This document shows positions 28,868-38,065 of a stretch of 64,000 bases of DNA, piece after piece. Every line of letters begins with the position of its first letter. The first letter of the stretch is position 1. The notes under the pieces are model-generated. The model saw nothing but the letters and a program-made list of their open reading frames with translations. It was not told the origin of the DNA and searched no databases. A program made the position numbers and the translations under genes. This DNA is from a virus (lineage: Duplodnaviria; Caudoviricetes). The stretch is from IMG/VR virus record IMGVR_UViG_642973512_000001, positions 68,563-132,562 of that record; one strand, 5' to 3'.

Positions 28868-29314
28868 CTAAAATGTGATAGAAGAGCTGACAATAGAGGA
28901 AACCCATCTTAAAAAGGAAAAGAAAGTTGGCAATAGTGCTATTCCTGCGTACGCATATCCTACATTTTTAAGTCTCTCCCATCCTGCATTCTTGTTTTTA
29001 GTAGCAATAAGGACACATGCTGTTAATGCATAAAACCAGAGGATAGGCTCTGCTAATGCTGTGAATACATCTATAATATCATGAAATCCCCTCCTAATCT
29101 TGTCTGCTGAGTCTACTCCTGCTGCTGCTAGGGCACCCGGAGATAGAGCCATTGTGAGCTTTGTAGCCAATCCTACTGGGATAATAATATCCAGCATTCT
29201 GTGGACTACTTTCTTTCTAGTAACTTCTAGTTCTCCTGTATATTTACTTTCGACTTTTACTGGTTGCGGGTCTACCACAACACCACCAATTTTCAAAACC
29301 ATTTGCTGATTCAT
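28868..29314 (-). CDS. Membrane protein, TrbC/VirB2 pilin-like architecture
   Basis: GAGGAGG RBS before ATG 29314; signal-like segment ending ALA-A, followed by two TM helices separated by a basic loop. Confidence 0.55.
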   Translation of the reverse strand: MNQQMVLKIGGVVVDPQPVKVESKYTGELEVTRKKVVHRMLDIIIPVGLATKLTMALSPGALAAAGVDSADKIRRGFHDIIDVFTALAEPILWFYALTACVLIATKNKNAGWERLKNVGYAYAGIALLPTFFSFLRWVSSIVSSSITF

Positions 29315-29786
29315 GGTTTTTCCTCCTCTTTTGTTGCAAATTTGACCATCACCATACACCCGAAGAAGAAATAAAACCAGCATCCTGTGAGGAGAGTCGT
29401 CTTGGTAGTAATTCTAACGAAGTACTAGCACTAAGGGGTCTTTATTAAGATAAGACGGGTCAAAATGATGGGTCGTTTTGACTGTTGTGAAATCAACATT
29501 ATTCCCTCCCAGCTTGTCATATGACTATGATTATCCAATAAGTGGAAAAGGAGAAATCTACCTGTGGATTCTCCCACTAAAAAGTCAAAAATGAAAGCAG
29601 GAGGTGTCAATATGAGACAATGGCTTACCAAAGTAGCTAATGCAGGAATAGGAGAAAAGATGCTTAAGCAATCCATTATAGGTTTAGCGATCCTTTATAC
29701 CATAAAGGCTTTATTTCATGTTTGATATTATGCCTTTCCCTGTGATCTGATATTAATATTAGATCATATTGTGGAGGTGTTTTGCG

Positions 29787-30302
29787 GTGTTATTTAAGTA
29801 TATTCATGATGTTAATGCTAAGGTCGAGGAAGGCAGACGCTACCTATCTGACGTTGTACGAGTCGCTCTTGATAAAGAAGAAACAACTGACCCAGATACT
29901 CAAGAAGTAACGTCTACATCTTATCGGGTTACTGCATATCCTGTTGTGCAAGTAGGGGAAGAGGAAGTACCTTACATCCCTGTGCATCCTAAGACAGCAG
30001 AACCGGGTCAAAAAGTAACTGTTCCTACGTATGACGTTCCAGAAAAGTTACCTGTCTTAGTACGTGGACGTAACCCAGAAGCAACTGGAGATTATGATGA
30101 TCATATCTGGGTAACTGAGGAAGTAGAGGTTCGTCCTCTAGTAGATGAAGTCTTTAAGGAAGACGAGTTTGAAAAAGCACGTCTATACTATGAAAATGTA
30201 GCGGCTCAATTAGCTGAAGGCGATGATATTCGTCACTATTACCGTAAGGATTTGGATAGAGAAGCTGGTCATTACTCTGTCAGCAGATATCCATCCTTCT
30301 AG
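29787..30302 (+). CDS. Hypothetical acidic protein
   Basis: GGAGGTG RBS; codon usage typical of highly expressed genes; followed by a terminator. Confidence 0.75.
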   Translation: MLFKYIHDVNAKVEEGRRYLSDVVRVALDKEETTDPDTQEVTSTSYRVTAYPVVQVGEEEVPYIPVHPKTAEPGQKVTVPTYDVPEKLPVLVRGRNPEATGDYDDHIWVTEEVEVRPLVDEVFKEDEFEKARLYYENVAAQLAEGDDIRHYYRKDLDREAGHYSVSRYPSF

Positions 30303-30309
30303 GATGCAG

Positions 30310-30350
30310 GAAAGAGGATACTTCGTATCCTCTTTCTTTTTTTTTTTTTT
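30310..30350 (+). terminator. Rho-independent terminator
   Basis: GAAAGAGGATAC-TTC-GTATCCTCTTTC followed by T14. Confidence 0.85.
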
Positions 30351-30420
30351 AATTTTTATAATAGTCTTTTAAAAGTCTTTTTTAAAGTCTTTTAAGAGAC
30401 TCTTTTTTATTTTTAATACT
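30337..30420 (-). repeat. Second AT-rich origin-like element, inverted homologue of 9735-9840
   Basis: Three AGTCTTTT(TT)AA repeats plus T14; reverse complement aligns with the element at 9735. Confidence 0.75.
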
Positions 30421-30537
30421 TGAGTTATACTTCAAAGTACTTTGTTCAGCAATACGGTACATAGGCATGAGGAGGAAAGTTTGGGTCTGGTCACTTAAAT
30501 TAAGGTGTAGCAATCACAAACCAACTGGAGGTATTTT

Positions 30538-31689
30538 ATGTACACATTTTCGGGTAGCAACCCAACACAATTGTATATGGACATCTTATCAACTGTTATC
30601 AAAGAAGGGGATGTCCTAGCACCTAGGGGTAAGAGAATCAAGGAAATTAGACCTGTTATGATTGAGTTTAAAAACCCTATTAGACGCACTACGTTTTTGA
30701 AGGGTAGGAACATTAACCCATTCTTCCAAGTAGCAGAATCATTGTGGATTCTAGCAGGTAGAAGTGATGTAGGATTCCTGTTAGATTATAATAAGAATAT
30801 GGGTCAATTCTCTGATGATGGGGTTTTCTTTAATGCTCCATATGGTGAGAGATTAAGATTCTGGAACAGATCAGATGCAAATAATTTCATTTACAATCCA
30901 TTGGATCAGTTACGGGATGTATATGAAAAGATTAAAGCCGACCCTGATACTAGACAGGCAGTAGCAGTGATTTACAATCCGCTGTTCGACAATATCAATA
31001 ATGATACTAAAGATAGACCTTGCAATCTTCTTCTGTCCTTTAAATTAAGGAATGGAAAACTGGACTTATCTGTATATAACAGATCGAATGACCTTCATTG
31101 GGGTACTTTTGGAGCCAATCTCTGTCAGTTCTCTACCATCCTAGAAGCAATGGCGACTTGGTTGGGTGTAGAGGTGGGTTCTTATTATCAGATAACTGAT
31201 TCTCTGCATGTATACCTAGATGACTACGGTGCAAAGATTACAGAGGACATTCAAAAAGTATATGGAGTAAACCTTGAAACAGATGAAGCACCTGTAGTGG
31301 AGGACTTTGAGGAGTTATTGGACCCTAACCCTAGGATGAGTTACACTATGAATGAGCTTAATCAGTTCTTAAATGAATACTTTGGAATCGTGGATTCTCT
31401 CATGAGAGACGATGAAACATATATGCACGATGGGGATTCTGCTCAAATGTTACTCAACCAGATCAGACATGTTCCAGATGAGTATATAAAAGTAACACTA
31501 CTATTGATGGTGGCAAAGCAAGCCCTGAATAGGGGTATGAAAGACACAGTAGCTACAGCCATGAATTGGATTCCTCTCTGTGAGGTTAAAGTATCCGCCC
31601 TCAGATTTTTATATAAGTCTTATCCAGAATACATTAACCAATATGATCTGGATGAGAAGCTTATGAAGTATATCAGACGGGAGGAATAA
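30538..31689 (+). CDS. 29: dUMP hydroxymethylase (thymidylate synthase superfamily), gp29
   Basis: 'YGERLR', 'DQL', 'TRQA', 'RPCN', 'RSND' and 'SLHVY' motifs; SPO1 gene order. Confidence 0.9.
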   Translation: MYTFSGSNPTQLYMDILSTVIKEGDVLAPRGKRIKEIRPVMIEFKNPIRRTTFLKGRNINPFFQVAESLWILAGRSDVGFLLDYNKNMGQFSDDGVFFNAPYGERLRFWNRSDANNFIYNPLDQLRDVYEKIKADPDTRQAVAVIYNPLFDNINNDTKDRPCNLLLSFKLRNGKLDLSVYNRSNDLHWGTFGANLCQFSTILEAMATWLGVEVGSYYQITDSLHVYLDDYGAKITEDIQKVYGVNLETDEAPVVEDFEELLDPNPRMSYTMNELNQFLNEYFGIVDSLMRDDETYMHDGDSAQMLLNQIRHVPDEYIKVTLLLMVAKQALNRGMKDTVATAMNWIPLCEVKVSALRFLYKSYPEYINQYDLDEKLMKYIRREE

Positions 31690-31691
31690 AA

Positions 31692-31946
31692 ATGGAGCAA
31701 GCAACTGTAGTATCTCAGGTAGCCATTGATGTAGGACCAGAGGGTATCAGGTTCTCCTTTGAGGGCATGGATAATGACTTAGCTGAGCTTATTAGTCAGG
31801 CTAAGGAATTTGAGGTCATAGAAAAAGGATTCCTCACAAATGATTCTAGCACCTTGACTATTCGGTCTAAGAAGAAGATTGCTTTTGTTGACAGATCAGC
31901 AGAAGAGCCTACAGAACCTGTAGAGGAAACCACTGATACAGTATAA
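31692..31946 (+). CDS. Hypothetical acidic protein
   Basis: GGAGG RBS. Confidence 0.7.
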   Translation: MEQATVVSQVAIDVGPEGIRFSFEGMDNDLAELISQAKEFEVIEKGFLTNDSSTLTIRSKKKIAFVDRSAEEPTEPVEETTDTV

Positions 31947-31978
31947 AAGGAGAGGTCTTTTGACTTCTCCCTTTTTAT
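31947..31978 (+). terminator. Terminator hairpin overlapping a middle-promoter consensus
   Basis: GGAGAGGTC-TTTT-GACTTCTCC plus T tract; the same bases give AGGAGA-18-TTTTTAT. Confidence 0.6.
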
Positions 31979-31996
31979 TATTCATGAGAGGGGGAG

Positions 31997-32407
31997 TTGT
32001 CTGTGGCAAAGACCTTTATAGAAAACAAAGTAATTATTGCTGTGGACTTTGATGGTACTATAACAACAGAGCCTGACATGGACCCCTATAGGGACTTAGA
32101 GCTGAGAGAAGGCTGTAAAGAAGCTCTGGAGTATCTAAGGGACATTGGGTGTGACTTACTGTTGTGGACTTGCAGAACAGGGGAAGCTCTTAGTGAAGCA
32201 TTAACTTTCTTACACACTCATGAAATGGGGTACCTGTTCCAAGCAATAAACAATCATCACCCTGATGTTTTAGGTAAGTATCCAGACATTGCTCGTAAAA
32301 TTGCCGCTGACTTCTATGTAGATGACAAGGCAATTATGGGAGAACTGGACTGGGGAAAGGTCTGTGACTTTATTAAGAAAAAGTATGGGAGTGATCTGTT
32401 TGTCTAG
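31997..32407 (+). CDS. HAD-superfamily phosphatase
   Basis: 'IAVDFDGT', 'LWTCR', 'RKIAADFYVDDK'. Confidence 0.85.
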   Translation: MSVAKTFIENKVIIAVDFDGTITTEPDMDPYRDLELREGCKEALEYLRDIGCDLLLWTCRTGEALSEALTFLHTHEMGYLFQAINNHHPDVLGKYPDIARKIAADFYVDDKAIMGELDWGKVCDFIKKKYGSDLFV

Positions 32408-33080
32408 AATTGGTCAAGTTTGTGAAGCATTCAGGGAAAATCATTGGGAACCCGCCACTATTATAAGTGAGAATGGGTCATTATCAGTAACAGTAAGATA
32501 TGAAGATGGTGAAACTGAGGAACTAATTAGTAATCTTGTTAGAAACTCAGAGCTGGGACACCCAGAGGTTAAAAAGGAAGAGACCACCCAGCAACCTGAA
32601 AAAGGGGAAGGGATGGCAGAGCCTAAGATTGAAGGTACTTGCTTAGATCATTTTCGTTGGTACAACACCATCACAGAGAAAAGACCAGATAACAGTAAGT
32701 TATTCCCAGTGGTTTCTGCTTTGATGGCGGTGCAGTACGATAAGGAAGGTACTTACGGGTCTTCTTGGGTTGGTAAAGGTGAACACAGGGGTATCATGCC
32801 AAATATTGATCGCAAATATGATAGACTAGATACTATGACTGCTAATGAGATTGAAGGGAAAGCTAAAACATTGGCACAACTAGAGTCTAGCTTTGATAGC
32901 ATGAACAGCAATGAGAAAGAAGCCGCTACAGCGGAGTCTAAAATTGATGCTGTAGCAGACTTAGCAAACTATTGTTTGTTGTACATGACGTTTATCAAGG
33001 ACAATTTTCCTAAAATGTACAATGCTTGGTTTGAGAAAAATGTACCTCAGTACCTACGGGACAAATTTCCTCGTCTATAA
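32400..33080 (+). CDS. 30: gp30; C-terminal Nmad1/DUF1599 (MazG-like) domain
   Basis: 'K..TYGSSW', 'NIDRKYDRL' and 'DAVADLANYCLL' motifs; lies between gene 29 and TF1. Confidence 0.65.
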   Translation: MSRIGQVCEAFRENHWEPATIISENGSLSVTVRYEDGETEELISNLVRNSELGHPEVKKEETTQQPEKGEGMAEPKIEGTCLDHFRWYNTITEKRPDNSKLFPVVSALMAVQYDKEGTYGSSWVGKGEHRGIMPNIDRKYDRLDTMTANEIEGKAKTLAQLESSFDSMNSNEKEAATAESKIDAVADLANYCLLYMTFIKDNFPKMYNAWFEKNVPQYLRDKFPRL

Positions 33081-33124
33081 GAAAGTTACTGTTAGTATAG
33101 GTGAAAGGAATTTTGGATACCATT

Positions 33125-33155
33125 TGGAGAGAAGTTTCAAACACCCGATTTTTTT
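33125..33155 (+). promoter_or_regulatory. Middle promoter of TF1
   Basis: TGGAGA-18-TTTTTTT. Confidence 0.7.
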
Positions 33156-33259
33156 ATTACGAACAGGTTGAGACGGGCAGAGCACTAAAGGGTGGCTGTC
33201 AAGAACAGCCTTGATATATATATATAAATTAAACTTACAAACACTAGGAGGAAATTAAA

Positions 33260-33559
33260 ATGAATAAAACTGAACTTATCAAAGCTATCGCACAGGACAC
33301 TGAATTAACACAGGTATCTGTATCTAAAATGCTTGCTTCATTCGAAAAAATCACTACTGAGACTGTAGCAAAAGGTGACAAGGTTCAATTGACTGGATTC
33401 TTAAACATCAAACCTGTAGCACGTCAAGCACGTAAAGGCTTCAACCCGCAAACACAAGAAGCTCTAGAAATCGCTCCAAGCGTAGGCGTTTCTGTAAAGC
33501 CTGGGGAGTCTCTTAAAAAAGCGGCTGAAGGTCTTAAATACGAAGACTTCGCTAAGTAA
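33260..33559 (+). CDS. TF1: Transcription factor 1 (HU/IHF-like, prefers hmU-DNA)
   Basis: 99-aa sequence MNKTELIKAIAQDTE...LKYEDFAK recognised as SPO1 TF1. Confidence 0.97.
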   Translation: MNKTELIKAIAQDTELTQVSVSKMLASFEKITTETVAKGDKVQLTGFLNIKPVARQARKGFNPQTQEALEIAPSVGVSVKPGESLKKAAEGLKYEDFAK

Positions 33560-33572
33560 TTGTAGAGTGTCT

Positions 33573-33610
33573 AAAAAGGACTTAGGGCTTAATGCTCTAA
33601 GTCCTTTTTT
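33573..33610 (+). terminator. Rho-independent terminator after TF1
   Basis: AAAAAGGACTTAGGGC..GCTCTAAGTCCTTTTTT. Confidence 0.85.
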
Positions 33611-33620
33611 ATGCCTACAT

Positions 33621-33651
33621 GGGTGTCAAGTTGTGGTGAATCAGTTTCTTT
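33621..33651 (+). promoter_or_regulatory. Putative middle promoter of the polymerase gene
   Basis: GGGTGT-18-TTTCTTT. Confidence 0.45.
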
Positions 33652-33678
33652 TTAGTATCAAGCAAAGGAGTGTTGTTA

Positions 33679-35469
33679 ATGGGAAGTGCTTTAGACACGC
33701 TAAAGGAATTCAATCCTAAGCCTATGAAGGGGCAAGGGAGCAAAAAAGCTAGAATTATAATCGTCCAAGAAAACCCTTTTGACTATGAATACCGTAAGAA
33801 GAAGTATATGACAGGAAAAGCAGGAAAACTTTTAAAGTTTGGGCTAGCAGAAGTGGGAATAGACCCAGATGAGGATGTGTACTACACTTCAATTGTTAAG
33901 TACCCAACACCAGAGAATAGATTACCAACACCAGATGAGATCAAGGAGTCTATGGATTATATGTGGGCAGAGATAGAGGTAATCGATCCTGATATCATCA
34001 TCCCTACAGGTAATTTATCCTTGAAGTTTTTAACCAAAATGACAGCCATTACTAAGGTTAGGGGAAAGTTATATGAGATAGAGGGTAGAAAATTCTTCCC
34101 TATGATTCATCCTAATACAGTGCTCAAACAGCCCAAATATCAGGACTTCTTTATTAAGGACCTTGAAATATTGGCATCCTTATTGGAAGGAAAAACACCT
34201 AAGAATGTTCTAGCGTTTACAAAGGAAAGACGATACTGTGATACCTTTGAGGATGCTATTGATGAGATCAAGAGATACTTAGAGCTTCCAGCAGGTTCTA
34301 GAGTGGTTATCGACTTAGAGACTGTTAAGACCAACCCTTTTATTGAAAAAGTAACTATGAAGAAAACGACTTTAGAAGCTTATCCAATGAGCCAACAGCC
34401 TAAGATTGTTGGTATCGGGTTATCTGACAGGTCTGGTTATGGATGTGCGATACCCTTATATCACAGGGAAAATCTTATGCCGGGTAACCAGATAGGAACC
34501 ATTGTAAAATTTCTAAGAAAGTTACTAGAAAGGGAAGATTTGGAGTTTATCGCACATAATGGTAAGTTTGATATAAGATGGTTGAGGGCTAGTCTGGATA
34601 TATATCTTGATACTCTGATTTGGGATACTATGTTAATACACTACTTATGCATTACAGAGGAGAAAGGTACTCATGGTCTAAAAGACCTAGCATGGTTAGA
34701 GACTGATATGGGTGGTTATGATGATGCCCTTGATGGTGAAAAACCTAAAGGGGAGGATGAAGGTAATTACGACTTGATACCCTGGGACATACTAAAAGTG
34801 TATCTTGCAGATGACTGTGATGTGACTTTCAGATTGTCAGAGAAATATATACCTTTGGTAGAAGAGAATGAGGAGAAGAAGTGGTTATGGGAAAATATAA
34901 TGGTTCCTGGATACTATACTCTCCTAGACATAGAAATGGATGGCATACATGTTGATAGGGAATGGCTTGAAGTTTTAAGAGTTTCCTATGAAAAGGAGAT
35001 TTCTAGACTTGAGGACAAGATGAGAGAATTTCCTGAGGTTGTCGCTATGGAGCGTGAAATGAGGGACAAGTGGAAGGAAAGAGTTATGATAGGTAACATC
35101 AAGTCCGCTAATAGAACACCTGAGCAACAAGACAAGTTCAAGAAATATAAAAAATATGACCCATCTAAAGGTGGGGATAAGATTAACTTTGGTAGTACTA
35201 AACAACTAGGAGAGCTATTGTTTGAGAGAATGGGATTAGAGACTGTTATTTTTACTGACAAAGGGGCACCAAGTACTAATGATGACTCCCTAAAGTTTAT
35301 GGGGAGCCAGAGCGACTTTGTAAAGGTTCTCATGGAATTCCGTAAGGCAAACCACTTATATAATAACTTTGTTAGTAAACTGTCTCTGATGATAGACCCT
35401 GATAACATTGTTCACCCTAGCTACAACATACATGGCACTGTGACAGGTCGTTTGAGTAGTAATGAGCCT
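33679..35469 (+). CDS. 31: DNA polymerase (family A) gp31, exon 1: UDG-like domain, 3'-5' exonuclease, start of the polymerase domain
   Basis: 'DLET', 'HNGKFD' and 'YLADD' exonuclease motifs; 'TVTGRLSSNEP' at the exon end. Confidence 0.95.
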
Positions 35470-36351
35470 AAAGAAGTTGGGCACCGCTATGGTAACATAG
35501 CGTGTTAAACCCAGTGAACCTATAAATATAGGGTGTATACTCCACGTGCAGGAGTGTCAGGAAATGGGCACTAGGGAGCGTGCTAACAGGGGAACTGAGT
35601 AGGGATGAGCGCCTACACAGCAATCCTGTGCCAAGACCCTTTGAGGGTAAGGTGCAACGACTATCGAAACCACTCAGAAATGAGGAAGGGAGTAGAGTAC
35701 CTTACAGGTGAAACTCCTGTAGGGGAAGCGCTGGGCAACCGTTGAGATATGTATAAAACATAAGGAGGTGAAGAATATGGAATGGAAGGACATTAAAGGA
35801 TATGAGGGGCACTATCAAGTATCAAACACCGGGGAAGTATACAGCATAAAGTCGGGAAAGACTTTAAAACATCAGATTCCTAAAGATGGGTATCACAGGA
35901 TTGGACTTTTTAAAGGTGGAAAAGGGAAAACGTTTCAAGTGCATCGTCTGGTGGCGATTCACTTTTGTGAAGGATATGAGGAAGGTCTAGTAGTTGATCA
36001 TAAAGATGGTAACAAGGACAACAATCTCAGTACAAATTTAAGATGGGTTACCCAAAAGATAAACGTAGAGAATCAAATGTCTAGAGGGACTTTAAACGTA
36101 TCTAAGGCTCAACAAATCGCCAAGATAAAAAACCAGAAGCCAATCATTGTGATCTCTCCAGATGGAATTGAGAAAGAGTATCCATCAACTAAGTGTGCTT
36201 GTGAAGAATTGGGATTAACAAGAGGTAAAGTAACTGATGTCCTGAAGGGACATAGGATTCACCACAAGGGATACACTTTTAGGTACAAACTCAACGGTTG
36301 AAGATATAGTCTAGCAGGTAGTATAATCGGGGAATTTTATACTACTTGTAG
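35470..36351 (+). mobile_element. Self-splicing group I intron, 882 nt
   Basis: Removing it after ...GAGCCT (U) up to the terminal G joins SSNEP/NAQQFP in frame. Core elements CAACGACTATC and AAGATATAGTCT are present, and the CAACCGTTGAG/CTCAACGGTTG stem flanks the internal ORF. Confidence 0.96.
35777..36301 (+). CDS. I-HmuI: Intron-encoded HNH homing endonuclease I-HmuI
   Basis: 174 aa: NUMOD4 'WKDIKGYEGHYQVSN', HNH 'VDHKDGNKDNN..NL', C-terminal HTH. Confidence 0.95.
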   Translation: MEWKDIKGYEGHYQVSNTGEVYSIKSGKTLKHQIPKDGYHRIGLFKGGKGKTFQVHRLVAIHFCEGYEEGLVVDHKDGNKDNNLSTNLRWVTQKINVENQMSRGTLNVSKAQQIAKIKNQKPIIVISPDGIEKEYPSTKCACEELGLTRGKVTDVLKGHRIHHKGYTFRYKLNG

Positions 36352-37338
36352 AACGCTCAGCAATTCCCACGTAAGGTGAACACGCCAACATTATTCCAGT
36401 ATAACTTTGAGATTAAGAAAATGTTTAACTCTAGGTTTGGGGATGGTGGTGTAATTGTACAGTTTGACTACTCTCAGTTAGAGTTACGTATACTTGCTGT
36501 TATTACTCAAGACCCTACACTTATTGATCTGTACAGATCAGGAGCTGACTTGCATAAAGCTGTAGCTTCTGACGCATTTGGTGTAGCTATTGAAGAGGTA
36601 AGTAAAGACCAGCGGACAGCAAGTAAGAAGATACAGTTTGGTATTGTTTACCAAGAGTCTGCACGAGGTTTATCTGAAGACCTGCGGGCAGAGGGTATCA
36701 CTATGAGTGAAGATGAATGTGAAATCTTCATCAAGAAGTACTTTAAGCGATTCCCTAAGGTTAGTAAGTGGATCAGAGATACCAAAAAGCATGTTAAAAG
36801 ACATAAGTACGTTAAGACTCTCACCGGACGTACTAGAAACCTACCTGATATTGACTCTATAGATCAGTCTAAGGCAAATGAGGCAGAACGTCAGGCGGTT
36901 AATACTCCTATTCAAGGAACAGGCTCTGACTGTACACTAATGTCTCTAATCCTCATCAATCAATGGTTAAGAGAGTCTGGGTTAAGAAGCCGTATCTGTA
37001 TTACAGTTCATGACTCCATTGTACTAGACTGTCCTAAGGATGAAGTATTAGAGGTTGCTAAGAAAGTTAAACATATCATGGAGAACTTAGGAGAATATAA
37101 TGAGTTCTATAAATTCCTTGGGGACGTACCAATCCTCAGTGAAATGGAGATTGGAAGAAACTATGGGGATGCTTTTGAAGCTACTATTGAAGATATAGAA
37201 GAACATGGAGTAGATGGTTTCATTGAAATGAAGGAAAAAGAGAAGCTTGAAAAGGATATGAAAGAGTTTACTAAGATTATTGAAGATGGTGGATCAATAC
37301 CAGATTATGCTCGAATCTATTGGGAGAACATATCATAA
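36352..37338 (+). CDS. 31: DNA polymerase gp31, exon 2
   Basis: Motif A 'DYSQLELR', motif B 'RTASKKIQFGIVY', motif C 'VHDS'. Confidence 0.95.
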   Translation, partial: NAQQFPRKVNTPTLFQYNFEIKKMFNSRFGDGGVIVQFDYSQLELRILAVITQDPTLIDLYRSGADLHKAVASDAFGVAIEEVSKDQRTASKKIQFGIVYQESARGLSEDLRAEGITMSEDECEIFIKKYFKRFPKVSKWIRDTKKHVKRHKYVKTLTGRTRNLPDIDSIDQSKANEAERQAVNTPIQGTGSDCTLMSLILINQWLRESGLRSRICITVHDSIVLDCPKDEVLEVAKKVKHIMENLGEYNEFYKFLGDVPILSEMEIGRNYGDAFEATIEDIEEHGVDGFIEMKEKEKLEKDMKEFTKIIEDGGSIPDYARIYWENIS

Positions 37339-37351
37339 GGAGGTTTTGTGA

Positions 37352-37528
37352 ATGAAACAGGACACCTTGATTAAGGGGTTGGTAGAGAGTTTAAAGCTCT
37401 CTACTGCCCATACTTTTGATATACATGTAGGGATGTTTAAGGACGCTTGGTATGACGTATTTAGGGAGGACCCACCACAGTCAGCCATTAATACCATAGA
37501 AAGAATGAGGAAGAAAGTACTTAGATAG
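37352..37528 (+). CDS. Small hypothetical protein (58 aa, not in ORF track)
   Basis: AAGGAGGT RBS; MKQDTLIKGLVESL... Confidence 0.6.
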   Translation: MKQDTLIKGLVESLKLSTAHTFDIHVGMFKDAWYDVFREDPPQSAINTIERMRKKVLR

Positions 37529-37659
37529 TGTTTTTGCCCTTTTCTGTACCTATTTTTCCTACTTTTAGGTTTGACCCAGTAATTTTTGGGAAAAATCACA
37601 AATAAATTCAAACGAGAGAACAATCAACCTACAAAGGACAGAGAAAGGGCGGTTTTAAA

Positions 37660-37830
37660 ATGACGGGACCAACTATGTTAGAGGGTAATGAGAATAAGAA
37701 CAATAATAAAATTTATGTGATGTACAATCCAAAAACAGGAGTAACCATAGAGAGCACCCCAGATTATGTATTAGCTTGGATGCGAAGGGGATTTGAGATA
37801 TATGAGATTAAAGAAAAAGAGAATAACTAA
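37660..37830 (+). CDS. Small hypothetical protein (56 aa, not in ORF track)
   Basis: Reads MTGPTMLEG...; followed by a terminator. Confidence 0.55.
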   Translation: MTGPTMLEGNENKNNNKIYVMYNPKTGVTIESTPDYVLAWMRRGFEIYEIKEKENN

Positions 37831-37835
37831 TAACT

Positions 37836-37869
37836 AAGCCCCTAAGGTTATAGCCTTGAGGGGCTTTTT
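37836..37869 (+). terminator. Rho-independent terminator
   Basis: AAGCCCCTAAGG..CCTTGAGGGGCTTTTT. Confidence 0.8.
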
Positions 37870-37942
37870 CGTGGGGAGAATTTTCAATCTCTCAGTTTAT
37901 TTTGATTGTGACGTGTCTCACAGGGACACCCACAGTAGTATA

Positions 37943-37973
37943 AGGGGAAAACTTTCAGACAGATGATTTATTT
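37943..37973 (+). promoter_or_regulatory. Middle promoter of the SSB gene (second candidate at 37874-37902)
   Basis: AGGGGA-18-TTTATTT. Confidence 0.6.
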
Positions 37974-38065
37974 AATGTGATCACTCTGAGAGTGAAACTA
38001 CAATACTAATGGCGTTAAAGTCCCTTGTGACGTGTAGCCAAGATAGCTGAGGAGGAAAAAAGAGT

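Noticed and set aside
29431-29676. 81-aa minus-strand ORF upstream of the cassette
   Set aside because: No convincing RBS and no recognisable motifs; more likely a regulatory region.
33214-33226. Short TA run in the TF1 leader
   Set aside because: Non-coding and short, with no frame or spacing consequence evident.
33670-37338. Polymerase apparently broken into two ORFs (pseudogene)
   Set aside because: Fully explained by the group I intron; the spliced frame is intact.
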